Shown here: positions 41,020 to 48,632 of the stretch, piece after piece
Layout of the letters: each line of letters begins with the position of its first letter
Numbering within the stretch: position 1 is the first letter of the stretch
DNA from: a virus
Taxonomy: Duplodnaviria; Caudoviricetes
DNA length: 63,047 nt
IMG/VR virus record: IMGVR_UViG_3300033997_000050
Coordinates: 1 to 63,047 of that record
Strand: one strand, 5' to 3'
Notes under the pieces: generated by a model
The model's database searches: none
What the model saw: only the letters and a program-made list of their open reading frames with translations
Told to the model about the DNA's origin: nothing
Program-made: the position numbers and the translations under genes

Positions 41020-41055
41020 AAAAAGGCCGGGGGTATAATTGCTCCCGGCTTTTTC
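41020..41055. terminator. Bidirectional-looking intrinsic terminator at the end of the tail operon
   Basis: aaaaag-gccggggg-tataattg-ctcccggc-ttttt. Confidence 0.65.
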
Positions 41056-41083
41056 TTTTCAACCCTCTACGGAGATCCGTAAC

Positions 41084-41443
41084 ATGAGTGATCCAAATGA
41101 CCTTCCGCCAGGAGGTAGCCGAGTCGAGCGCCGAGGGCGTGTCGATTTAACGCTGAACATTCCGACACTGATTATGATCGCAACGCTAATCGTAACCACG
41201 TCCGCCACTGGTGTCGGAATGTATTACAACCTCGACAAGCGGCAGATGATGCTGGAAATTGCAATGACATCGCTGGTCCAGCGCGTCGACAAGCTCGAAG
41301 GCAACCAGGTCTCGGCCAACAACAACCTGCGCACTGAGTTAAAGACCGACATCGCAGAACTGAAGGGCATGTTGAACCGCGTGATCTTCGCACCGCCGAC
41401 AACCTCGCAGCGTCAACTCAAGGAATGGAGTAAAGACCAATGA
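41084..41443 (+). CDS. Probable holin or antiholin (single TMD plus coiled coil)
   Basis: Hydrophobic LNIPTLIMIATLIVTTSATGVGMYY; directly precedes the endolysin. Confidence 0.5.
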   Translation: MSDPNDLPPGGSRVERRGRVDLTLNIPTLIMIATLIVTTSATGVGMYYNLDKRQMMLEIAMTSLVQRVDKLEGNQVSANNNLRTELKTDIAELKGMLNRVIFAPPTTSQRQLKEWSKDQ

Positions 41444-42141
41444 CGACCGCATCCCAAAAGCGCGCACAGCCGCGCGGCATTCGCAACCACAATCCCGGCA
41501 ACATCGAACTCGGCAAAGACAAATGGCAGGGTCTCGCCGCTGTGCAGGATGATGGCCGGTTCGCGAAGTTCAAAGATCCGACATGGGGCATCCGCGCCCT
41601 GGCGATCATCCTCATCAACTACCAGGACAAGTACAACATTTCGACCATCGCGAAGATCATCAATCGCTGGGCGCCGAAGGTCGAGAACGACACCGAGTCG
41701 TACATACGCGAAGTGTGCGAGGACACCGGCTTCACGCGCAACGAAAAGCTCGACATGCACGACTACCACGATCTGCGGCCGGTCGTCGAAGCGATCATCC
41801 GGCACGAGAACGGGCGCGGTCCGAAGTCGAACATCAACACCTGGTACGACGACGCCACGATCAAGACCGGATTGCAGCGTGCCGGCGTGGTGCAGCCGGT
41901 GAAAACCGTCGACGCCGTACCAGTGACGAAGGAGACGGTCGGCGCCACCGGCACGGCGGTGATCGGCGCAGCGCAGATCGTCGACGCGGCTCCGCAGGTG
42001 ATCGCGGCAGTCGAGTCGTCCCAGGCCCACCTCGAATCCGGTTCGGTGGTTCGCCTGGTGATCGGTATTGCAACCATCGCGGTCGCGGTGTTCATCGCCT
42101 ACTCGCAGGTGAAGAAGCACCAGGAAGGCGTGGTGGCGTGA
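41440..42141 (+). CDS. Endolysin (lysozyme-like, RNxNPGN family) with C-terminal hydrophobic helices
   Basis: PRGIRNHNPGNI, GIRAL, IINRWAP..ENDT.SY, AIIRHENG. Confidence 0.8.
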   Translation: MTTASQKRAQPRGIRNHNPGNIELGKDKWQGLAAVQDDGRFAKFKDPTWGIRALAIILINYQDKYNISTIAKIINRWAPKVENDTESYIREVCEDTGFTRNEKLDMHDYHDLRPVVEAIIRHENGRGPKSNINTWYDDATIKTGLQRAGVVQPVKTVDAVPVTKETVGATGTAVIGAAQIVDAAPQVIAAVESSQAHLESGSVVRLVIGIATIAVAVFIAYSQVKKHQEGVVA

Positions 42142-42434
42142 TGCCTATTCTGACCAGGCTGCAAGGGTGGGCGCTGACAGCATTCGCGGTGCTGCTGGTC
42201 TTGCTGGGCGCTTACGCATACGGTGGTCGCAAGGCACGGCGCGCGACCGAATTGAAGTACGACTATGAAGAGGCGGCACGCGCCGCCGCTGGAGCGAAAG
42301 GACGATACGATGCTGAACTTGAAACGCGCGAGCTTCCTGAAGGTGGTGCTGCTGACGAGCTTCGCCGTGACTGGATGCGCCGCTCAACCGACACCGACCC
42401 GGACGCAAAAGCTGATCGCCGCAAGCGCACCTGA
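42141..42434 (+). CDS. Inner-membrane spanin (Rz-like)
   Basis: ATG overlaps the endolysin stop; N-terminal TMD WALTAFAVLLVLLGAYAY. Confidence 0.7.
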   Translation: MPILTRLQGWALTAFAVLLVLLGAYAYGGRKARRATELKYDYEEAARAAAGAKGRYDAELETRELPEGGAADELRRDWMRRSTDTDPDAKADRRKRT

Positions 42435-42549
42435 ATTCTGCACGACCGCCATGCCGATCTACATCAACGACAAGGATGTGATCTCGGACGACACGGCTCG
42501 CCAGATTCTCCAGCATAATAAGACCGGGCGAAAGCTCTGTAAGTGGTGA
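42310..42549 (+). CDS. Outer-membrane spanin lipoprotein (Rz1-like)
   Basis: Signal peptide with lipobox VTGC; overlaps the i-spanin in another frame. Confidence 0.75.
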   Translation: MLNLKRASFLKVVLLTSFAVTGCAAQPTPTRTQKLIAASAPEFCTTAMPIYINDKDVISDDTARQILQHNKTGRKLCKW

Positions 42550-42626
42550 TCGAAAGGAGGTGACTAGATCTCGTGGTCGCGATATAATCGAGCGGCATCA
42601 GGACATGCGACCTTGTGATTGGAGTT

Positions 42627-42663
42627 GAGGCCGGTTAGGAGAAATCCCGACCGGCCTTTTTTA
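42627..42663 (+). terminator. Intrinsic terminator at the convergence of the two arms
   Basis: aggccggt...accggcct followed by a T run. Confidence 0.75.
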
Positions 42664-42966
42664 TTACAGTTCGTCGTCGTAGGTCAGCGATTCTTTCGCA
42701 ACCATGGCGACCTCGGGCGACAGCATCGCGATAAACGGCTCGGGCATGTTGGCGACGCCGCCATGCAGGTGAGCCTCTACGTGATTAAACACCGCTTCGA
42801 GTTCGGCCATGTTGCGACCGATCACGATCACCTCGACACCGGCAATCTTCATCGCCTTCGCGCGCCCGGTGTGCGCTGGCGAACCAGGCTTGGCCGACAG
42901 CACCGTCTCGCGCGGCAGTTGGCACACCGGGCGCGGTTTCCAGTTGATCGGGCTGTAGACGCTCAT
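42664..42966 (-). CDS. Hypothetical protein, ends YDDEL
   Basis: ATG 42966 overlaps the upstream stop. Confidence 0.65.
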   Translation of the reverse strand: MSVYSPINWKPRPVCQLPRETVLSAKPGSPAHTGRAKAMKIAGVEVIVIGRNMAELEAVFNHVEAHLHGGVANMPEPFIAMLSPEVAMVAKESLTYDDEL

Positions 42967-43316
42967 AATTCGTCGTCCTCCGCTTCCTTGCGCGCGATCT
43001 GCGGCGCCAGTGGATCGTCGAGGCGCATCGCGCGGCCCGGCTTCGTGACGACGTTGATCCAGTGCTGGTCGAGCAGCTTGCCGGTGTACTCCCAGGTCCA
43101 TTCGTCACCGTCCAGGCCGTCGTCGTGCGTGATGGTCAACTTGCCCCACTCGACCGCCAGCACGCCCAGGTTGCCGATCACCGGCACGCCCATGCTGCGC
43201 AGGCGCCCGTAGATCACGCGCGCGGCCAGCACCTCGTTGCTTTCCGGGTTCTTCGCGCCGTGCGTCAGGTCGTCTCGCGTGAACGTCACGCGCACCGTTT
43301 TTTCTTGAGTAGCCAT
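42963..43316 (-). CDS. Hypothetical protein, ends EDDEL
   Basis: Tightly packed operon. Confidence 0.7.
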   Translation of the reverse strand: MATQEKTVRVTFTRDDLTHGAKNPESNEVLAARVIYGRLRSMGVPVIGNLGVLAVEWGKLTITHDDGLDGDEWTWEYTGKLLDQHWINVVTKPGRAMRLDDPLAPQIARKEAEDDEL

Positions 43317-43317
43317 G

Positions 43318-43602
43318 TCAGAAGCCTTTGAACCAGTTCATGCCGTTGATGGCGTTGAGGACGACCACCACGCCCAGCGGCACGAGGATGACCAGGGTGA
43401 TGCGCAGGGCCAGGTCGGTCTTGCGCTTGAGCAGATGCAGCGCCAGGTAGATGCCGGCGAACAGCGAAGCCAGGCTGAAGGCCAGCAGCATCACCGACAG
43501 CACGATCATCGTGGTCAGCAGACCCATCGTAAGCAGATAGATGCCGAACCAGATCAGGGAGCAGGCCAACAGGACTTTCAGGAATGACGCGAACGTGGTC
43601 AT
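43318..43602 (-). CDS. Membrane protein with three predicted TMDs
   Basis: Highly hydrophobic 94 aa; SD aagga. Confidence 0.7.
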   Translation of the reverse strand: MTTFASFLKVLLACSLIWFGIYLLTMGLLTTMIVLSVMLLAFSLASLFAGIYLALHLLKRKTDLALRITLVILVPLGVVVVLNAINGMNWFKGF

Positions 43603-43656
43603 GTTCTTTTCCTTGTGGTGGATGGCCGACGACTGGCGCCGGCCGGGGTGGTGGGA

Positions 43657-44091
43657 TTACAGCTTGTCGGCGCGAGCGGTCTTCTTCGGCTTGTCGCCCT
43701 GCCGCACCTGCCCGATCAAGCGCCCGCGCAGGTTGTACACGTCGAGGCGGTTATCCATGATGTCCAGAGTCGAGCCGCGCGGGAAGGTGCCGAGCACTTG
43801 AGCCAAGCTGGCAACATCGTGGTAACTGTGTTCCGGCAAGCCGCTTGCCGACACAAGGCGCTTCGGCGCAGCCACGGTGCGCTTGGCCTTCGGAGTCTCG
43901 GTCGGAACGCCGCGCGCTGCCGACAGCGCTGGGTCCAGCTTGGCGGGCTTGACCTTCGGCGCTTTGGTGGGCTTCTTCGCTTCACGCGCGTGGTGTGCCG
44001 CTTCGTTGAACTCCACGGTTTTGTCGGTCTTGAATTTCTGAATGCCTGCGAGGGTGGTCTTCGATGCCGCTTTCTTCTTTTGAGTTGCCAT
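43657..44091 (-). CDS. Lys/Ala-rich basic protein, possibly DNA-binding
   Basis: KKPTKAPKVKPAK low-complexity region; SD aagga. Confidence 0.65.
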   Translation of the reverse strand: MATQKKKAASKTTLAGIQKFKTDKTVEFNEAAHHAREAKKPTKAPKVKPAKLDPALSAARGVPTETPKAKRTVAAPKRLVSASGLPEHSYHDVASLAQVLGTFPRGSTLDIMDNRLDVYNLRGRLIGQVRQGDKPKKTARADKL

Positions 44092-44119
44092 GATGGGTGC
44101 TTCCTTATGTAAGTTGTTT

Positions 44120-44140
44120 AACAGGGTTATTACTTGTCAA
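44120..44140 (-). promoter_or_regulatory. 19-bp operator copy overlapping a TTGACA
   Basis: aacagggttattacttgtc(aa); upstream of the gene starting at 44091; the -10 element is weak. Confidence 0.5.
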
Positions 44141-44366
44141 TCGGTTTGCATTCGTTCAGTGTCTTCTTACCCTCCAGTTCCATGATGCGTCGTTCGAGCT
44201 TTTGGTTGCGCTGCTGGACGTGCATCGCGACGTGCTCGATGTCGCTGGCGCGCTGCTCGGCACGCTGGCGGCGAATCCGCTCGACGGCTGCGCGGTCGGT
44301 CAGGATCGCGGCGGTGCGGTTCCAGATGGTCGTGGTCAATGCTGCGATGCGCGCTTCAAAGCTCAT
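44130..44366 (-). CDS. Hypothetical coiled-coil protein
   Basis: ATG lies within the upstream gene's GAT GAG CTT TGA. Confidence 0.55.
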   Translation of the reverse strand: MSFEARIAALTTTIWNRTAAILTDRAAVERIRRQRAEQRASDIEHVAMHVQQRNQKLERRIMELEGKKTLNECKPIDK

Positions 44367-44595
44367 CGTACTCACCTTCTTCGCGCCACACCCGCACGCC
44401 AGGCTGGAAGTAGATCTCGTCTTCCTCGACCTGGGCGATGCGGATACCGACGCCGGCCTTGACCACCGGGCGCCGCAGGAACTCCATGTCGGCCCGCGTC
44501 ACGTCCGGCACGAAGAACGACTGACCCGGCATCATGCGCTTCAGTTTCTCGACCAGCACGCGGGTCTGTTGTTCGGCTGTTTTATCGCGCGGCAT
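44356..44595 (-). CDS. Hypothetical protein, possibly DNA-binding, ends YDEL
   Basis: MMPGQSFFVP...GVRVWR; start uncertain (44595 or 44655). Confidence 0.6.
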   Translation of the reverse strand: MPRDKTAEQQTRVLVEKLKRMMPGQSFFVPDVTRADMEFLRRPVVKAGVGIRIAQVEEDEIYFQPGVRVWREEGEYDEL

Positions 44596-44614
44596 GAATG
44601 CTTTTCCCAGGTAT

Positions 44615-45607
44615 TTAGAGTTCGTCGTCTTCGTCGGCCGGCGCATCTTGACCATCCATGTAGACGGTCATCACAGCGTCGAGCATGCGGTCGATCTCTT
44701 TTGCGAACAGCCAGTAGGTCGCGTGCAGATCGGCCGTGTCGATGCCGGTGCCGGCAACCATTACGTCGCCGAGTTTGATGCCCTTGAATACCAGCTTGTC
44801 GTTCAGCGTGAAGTTGGCCGCGAGATCGCCGTCGTTCACGTACAGCATCATCGCCAGTTCGGTCACGTCGTAGTCGCCGCTGTTCACGATGGCCTTGAAT
44901 TCTTCGTGCGACAGATCGCGGTCCTTCACGCGCACCGTGTTCTTGTTGGCGCCCTTGAACACCGCCGCTTTGGCCGGGTAGAGCATGGTGCCGAAGTCTT
45001 CGTCCGAAGCCTGGGCGCTGCCGTCGCGCACGATCCGCGTGAGCATGGATGCCGGCGACACATGCGTGCTCAGATCCGACCAGTCCAGTTCGACCTTGCG
45101 GGTCTCGCACAGGCGCATCAGGTGCGTCAGGATCTTCTCGCACATCGTGGCGCTCGACGTGCAAACAAACAGCCGCTTGCGGGTGACGATCAGCGGGATC
45201 ACCTTCGGCACGATGAACGCTTTCGGCAGCAGCGCGGTTTCCACGTCGTCGCGCAGTTGGGCGAACTCTTTCTTGTTCAGCGCGCGACCTTCCTTCTCGA
45301 CCAAGGCGTCGTAGCGTTTCTTCAGTTCCTCGTCGCGCACCGATGCCGGCAGCTTGCGTTCGGCCCAGCGGTACATGAATAGGTATCCGGCGCCGTCGAG
45401 GTCGTGGACGATGGCGGTCTCGCCAGGCATCACAGCGGCCAGGCCGAGGTGCGACCATTCGTGATCGCCAGGATCGCGGTCGAGGAAGTTCTTCGCCGCT
45501 TCGAGTGCCGCGTCGCTGTTCTTCACCGCACGCGCGCACCATTTATACAGGGCGTCGTTCACCGCGAACGGCATGAACGCCTTGATGTTTTTGATTGCCT
45601 TAGCCAT
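44615..45607 (-). CDS. rdgC: Recombination-associated protein RdgC
   Basis: ERKLPASV...EKEGRALNKKEFAQLRDDVETALLPKAF; VTELAM; FTLNDKLVFKGIK. Confidence 0.85.
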   Translation of the reverse strand: MAKAIKNIKAFMPFAVNDALYKWCARAVKNSDAALEAAKNFLDRDPGDHEWSHLGLAAVMPGETAIVHDLDGAGYLFMYRWAERKLPASVRDEELKKRYDALVEKEGRALNKKEFAQLRDDVETALLPKAFIVPKVIPLIVTRKRLFVCTSSATMCEKILTHLMRLCETRKVELDWSDLSTHVSPASMLTRIVRDGSAQASDEDFGTMLYPAKAAVFKGANKNTVRVKDRDLSHEEFKAIVNSGDYDVTELAMMLYVNDGDLAANFTLNDKLVFKGIKLGDVMVAGTGIDTADLHATYWLFAKEIDRMLDAVMTVYMDGQDAPADEDDEL

Positions 45608-45810
45608 TACAGTTCGTCCTCTTCGACTGGTTCGTTTTGTGAGTGGTACGGGGTGACGTGATCCTGCGCCATGTAGCGCTTCTCGGCCACGTCCGGCTTC
45701 TCGGTCACGAACACCTTTCCGGTGGTCGGCGACTCGATCAGCCAAGCCTTCGGCGGGCGACCAAAGCGGTCATGCGGGAAGAGGATGTCGGGATCAGCGT
45801 TTCGCTTCAT
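45607..45810 (-). CDS. Hypothetical protein, ends EEDEL
   Basis: TAATG coupling to rdgC. Confidence 0.6.
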   Translation of the reverse strand: MKRNADPDILFPHDRFGRPPKAWLIESPTTGKVFVTEKPDVAEKRYMAQDHVTPYHSQNEPVEEDEL

Positions 45811-45910
45811 TCTTTTTCTCCGGGTTGAAGATTTCGTCGGCCCAACGGTCGATGAGCCAACCGATGCCACACATCGCGCCAATGAATATGACGAGCATGA
45901 GCCACTTCAC
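45794..45910 (-). CDS. Small membrane peptide (38 aa, not in the ORF track)
   Basis: GTG overlaps the upstream stop; reads MKWLMLVIFIGAMCGIGWLIDRWADEIFNPEKKNEAKR. Confidence 0.5.
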   Translation of the reverse strand: MKWLMLVIFIGAMCGIGWLIDRWADEIFNPEKKNEAKR

Positions 45911-46566
45911 AGCACGCCTCGCGACAAACGCTCGTTGGGGGTAATCATTTCAGTCGGGCGATCGTCTTCCGTCTCGTGATCGAACGCGAGACTAGGATCA
46001 AGTTCACCAAGCTCGTCGCGGGGATCGGTCGGGTCGATCTCTTCAGGGTGTTCCGTGAACGGCACGGCGAGCGGGCCTTCCGTGGACGCGCCGGCCGGAC
46101 GCATGGTGTACTCCATGACCTCGGTGTCCGGGTTGTACACGTAGTCGATGTCGCAGCGCTGGAACACGGTCGCCATCTGCACCATGTCCAGGGTCATCGA
46201 CGACAGGCCGCTCTGCTCCATGATCGCGCACACGACAGCCGGCGTGGTGACGCGCGTGCGCGCCTCGTACTGCTTTTCCAGCAGGCGCTCGACGCTGCTG
46301 TTCTGCTCCAGCGCTTCGGCGTGGCCGAGCGCGTAGGCGTCGCGCAGGCCGGCGTGCAAGTACGTGTTGATGAGCGCACGGTGCGGGTCTTTCTGACCCA
46401 TGGCGGCACCAAGCGGCAGGGCCGCATGCACCTTGTCGCTAGTGTGGTGAAGAATGCCGGTGAGGTCGCGGCGTTCGCGCTTCGGTGCTTCTTTCGGGGC
46501 GTCGGCGCGGCCGAGCAGCTTGCCGATATTCTGGAGTCCGTTGATGCTGACTTTTTTCTGGTTCAT
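45907..46566 (-). CDS. Hypothetical protein
   Basis: First gene after the 46625 promoter; SD aaggga. Confidence 0.7.
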   Translation of the reverse strand: MNQKKVSINGLQNIGKLLGRADAPKEAPKRERRDLTGILHHTSDKVHAALPLGAAMGQKDPHRALINTYLHAGLRDAYALGHAEALEQNSSVERLLEKQYEARTRVTTPAVVCAIMEQSGLSSMTLDMVQMATVFQRCDIDYVYNPDTEVMEYTMRPAGASTEGPLAVPFTEHPEEIDPTDPRDELGELDPSLAFDHETEDDRPTEMITPNERLSRGVL

Positions 46567-46596
46567 TGCGGTTCCCTTGTGTATGGATTGACTGTA

Positions 46597-46625
46597 AGTG
46601 TACTAACAAGGTTTTTCCTTGTCAA
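46597..46625 (-). promoter_or_regulatory. Sigma70-type promoter containing the 19-bp operator
   Basis: TTGACA-17 bp-TACACT. Confidence 0.75.
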
Positions 46626-46630
46626 CTCAT

Positions 46631-47260
46631 TTACAGTGGATCTGGATCTTCCGCGTAGCCGCACCACGCGAAGCGCTTCAGATAGTCGGCTTCGTCCTGC
46701 GCATCGAACGCGGTGGCGTGGATGAAGTAAGTCTCTTCCGGCTTGCAGTAGTTGCCGTCCAGGTCTTCGTGGTCAGGTTGCAGCGGATGCGACCAGTGCT
46801 GGCCGTCCCACCAACGCATGTGCGTCACGTCGGTGCCGTCGTCGAACGCGCCGATCATCTTGCATTGGTAGGCGCCAACGGGTCCGGGATGGAACTCGCT
46901 GGCGTTCATGTAGTCGGTCATTGCCGGCAATGCTTCGGTACTCATAGTTTTGGGTCCAAAAAAGTTGAGTGGAATATCCCGGTACTGCATGCCTGGGATC
47001 ATCGGTGTGATGATCTTGTGGCCGAGCCTGTAGTACGCGGGGGTGTGGCCTTGCTGTGTTGCTTTCGCTTCGACTGCTACGTGGATCTTGTTCCAGTCGA
47101 GCAGGTGGTTCACGAAGCGATGCGCGGTGCCATGGCTGCATCCGAGCATCGACTGGATCTGCTTTAGGGTCGCGCCTTCGCGCGGCCGGCCGAGAAGGAA
47201 CGCGAGGATTCGACGAATCGTTTCCTGCGACTTCTCGGATTCATAGTTTAACCCGGCCAT
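46631..47260 (-). CDS. Winged-HTH protein fused to an unknown domain
   Basis: RRILAFL...GATLKQIQSMLGCSHGTAHRFVNHL. Confidence 0.6.
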   Translation of the reverse strand: MAGLNYESEKSQETIRRILAFLLGRPREGATLKQIQSMLGCSHGTAHRFVNHLLDWNKIHVAVEAKATQQGHTPAYYRLGHKIITPMIPGMQYRDIPLNFFGPKTMSTEALPAMTDYMNASEFHPGPVGAYQCKMIGAFDDGTDVTHMRWWDGQHWSHPLQPDHEDLDGNYCKPEETYFIHATAFDAQDEADYLKRFAWCGYAEDPDPL

Positions 47261-47265
47261 GTGTC

Positions 47266-47556
47266 CTACTGTCCTTTCAGGATGTCGGTGAGGCGACCGC
47301 CGTAGTATTCCAATGCAGCGGTGCCGCTGTTGAATTCTCCGGGACTCGGATAGCGAAGTGCGAGCGCCACGGTTTCGATGTCGTTCAGCTTGCCGACCGC
47401 GACAGCCAGTGGGTCTTTCGATTCGTCCTGCGGGATCGCCGGCAGTTCGATCCACTGACCCGAGTTCAAGTCCCACATGGTTCCGTCATCGCACAGCGCG
47501 GTAAGCGCCACGCCGCCTTGATGCTCGCTGATCGCGATCTGAATTGGCTTACGCAT
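47266..47556 (-). CDS. Hypothetical protein
   Basis: ALCDDGTMW...WIELPAIPQ; coupled start. Confidence 0.65.
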   Translation of the reverse strand: MRKPIQIAISEHQGGVALTALCDDGTMWDLNSGQWIELPAIPQDESKDPLAVAVGKLNDIETVALALRYPSPGEFNSGTAALEYYGGRLTDILKGQ

Positions 47557-47687
47557 TATTTCTTCTCCTGCGGTTGCTTGGTTTGTTCGACCGGCCGCTT
47601 TTCGGCCTGCTGTTTCAGCGCTTTGACCAGCGCATCGCCGACCGAGCCGGGCAGCGGTGGCGTCGTGGGTTTCGGATCTTGGTTCAT
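47556..47687 (-). CDS. Small hypothetical protein
   Basis: ATGA and TAATG overlaps on either side. Confidence 0.45.
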   Translation of the reverse strand: MNQDPKPTTPPLPGSVGDALVKALKQQAEKRPVEQTKQPQEKK

Positions 47688-48235
47688 GCTGGTGCTCCCA
47701 TGCGATAGCCTTCGATGAGCATCTGGATCGGGTCGTGAACCATCATGTCGAGCACGCCCACGCGGATCACAGTGCCGTCCTTGCAGATCAGCGGAACGAT
47801 CTGGTAGCGGTCGCCATCCCACCTGCCGGGTGCAACGCGATCATGAATTTCCGAGGCAGGCGTGTGCTGACCATCGTGCGAGCCACCCAGCAGCGTCACG
47901 AGCTGCTTGGCGACGTTCGCATCGGTCGAATGCTTGCGCGGCTTGCGGTAGCCCGCCACAAGCTCGCAGACGATGCAGGTGTTCAGTTCCACCACGCCGA
48001 CGTGGAAAACCTCGTGGAAGGCGCCCAGGACGGTCCCAATGGCGTACACGGTGATCGGGTAGGTGTCGGTCGGCGATGTGCCGTGCGGACGGTCCAACAT
48101 GCGGATCGCGGTGTCGTCCTCGTTGTTGGGCAGGCCATCGCCGCAAACGTTATGCGTGCGCTGCGCCATCGGCACGATGATGCGCTGGCCGTCTGCTGGC
48201 CCGCCGATAAGCAGGACTGGTTTGTTGTGGCTCAT
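47684..48235 (-). CDS. Hypothetical protein with internal duplication
   Basis: LIGGPADGQ and LLGGSHDGQ half-repeats; SD aagga. Confidence 0.65.
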   Translation of the reverse strand: MSHNKPVLLIGGPADGQRIIVPMAQRTHNVCGDGLPNNEDDTAIRMLDRPHGTSPTDTYPITVYAIGTVLGAFHEVFHVGVVELNTCIVCELVAGYRKPRKHSTDANVAKQLVTLLGGSHDGQHTPASEIHDRVAPGRWDGDRYQIVPLICKDGTVIRVGVLDMMVHDPIQMLIEGYRMGAPA

Positions 48236-48251
48236 GATGCTGGGTTTCCTT

Positions 48252-48632
48252 TCAGATGATAATGATTTCACGGTGGTTGATGGAGCAGAGCTTCGGATCT
48301 TCGTGAGGGCCGTACCAGCGCAATTGCCAGCGGTCGGTCCACCCGAGAGTCTGACGCTGGGTTTCCTTGCACGTCAGCGTCACCGACACGCGCGTCTTCC
48401 AGCATTTGCCGTGATACACGCCGCTCGGATAGGAGGTCGAGTAATCGGCAAGCTGATCGAACTCGCGCTGCGTCATCATGGCATGGGTGTCGTCGATCAG
48501 GAAGTTCTGCGGGTTCGGCTGGCGCCAGTGCTGGCCCATTTCATCCGTGATCGGCGGGATCGGCGGATTGAACGTGGCGATGACGCTGGCGAACATCGGG
48601 ACCGGATAGGTGGTGCGGATGAGGCCGGTCAT
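48252..48632 (-). CDS. Hypothetical protein
   Basis: MGQHWRQP...LADYSTSYPSGVYHGKCWK. Confidence 0.65.
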   Translation of the reverse strand: MTGLIRTTYPVPMFASVIATFNPPIPPITDEMGQHWRQPNPQNFLIDDTHAMMTQREFDQLADYSTSYPSGVYHGKCWKTRVSVTLTCKETQRQTLGWTDRWQLRWYGPHEDPKLCSINHREIIII

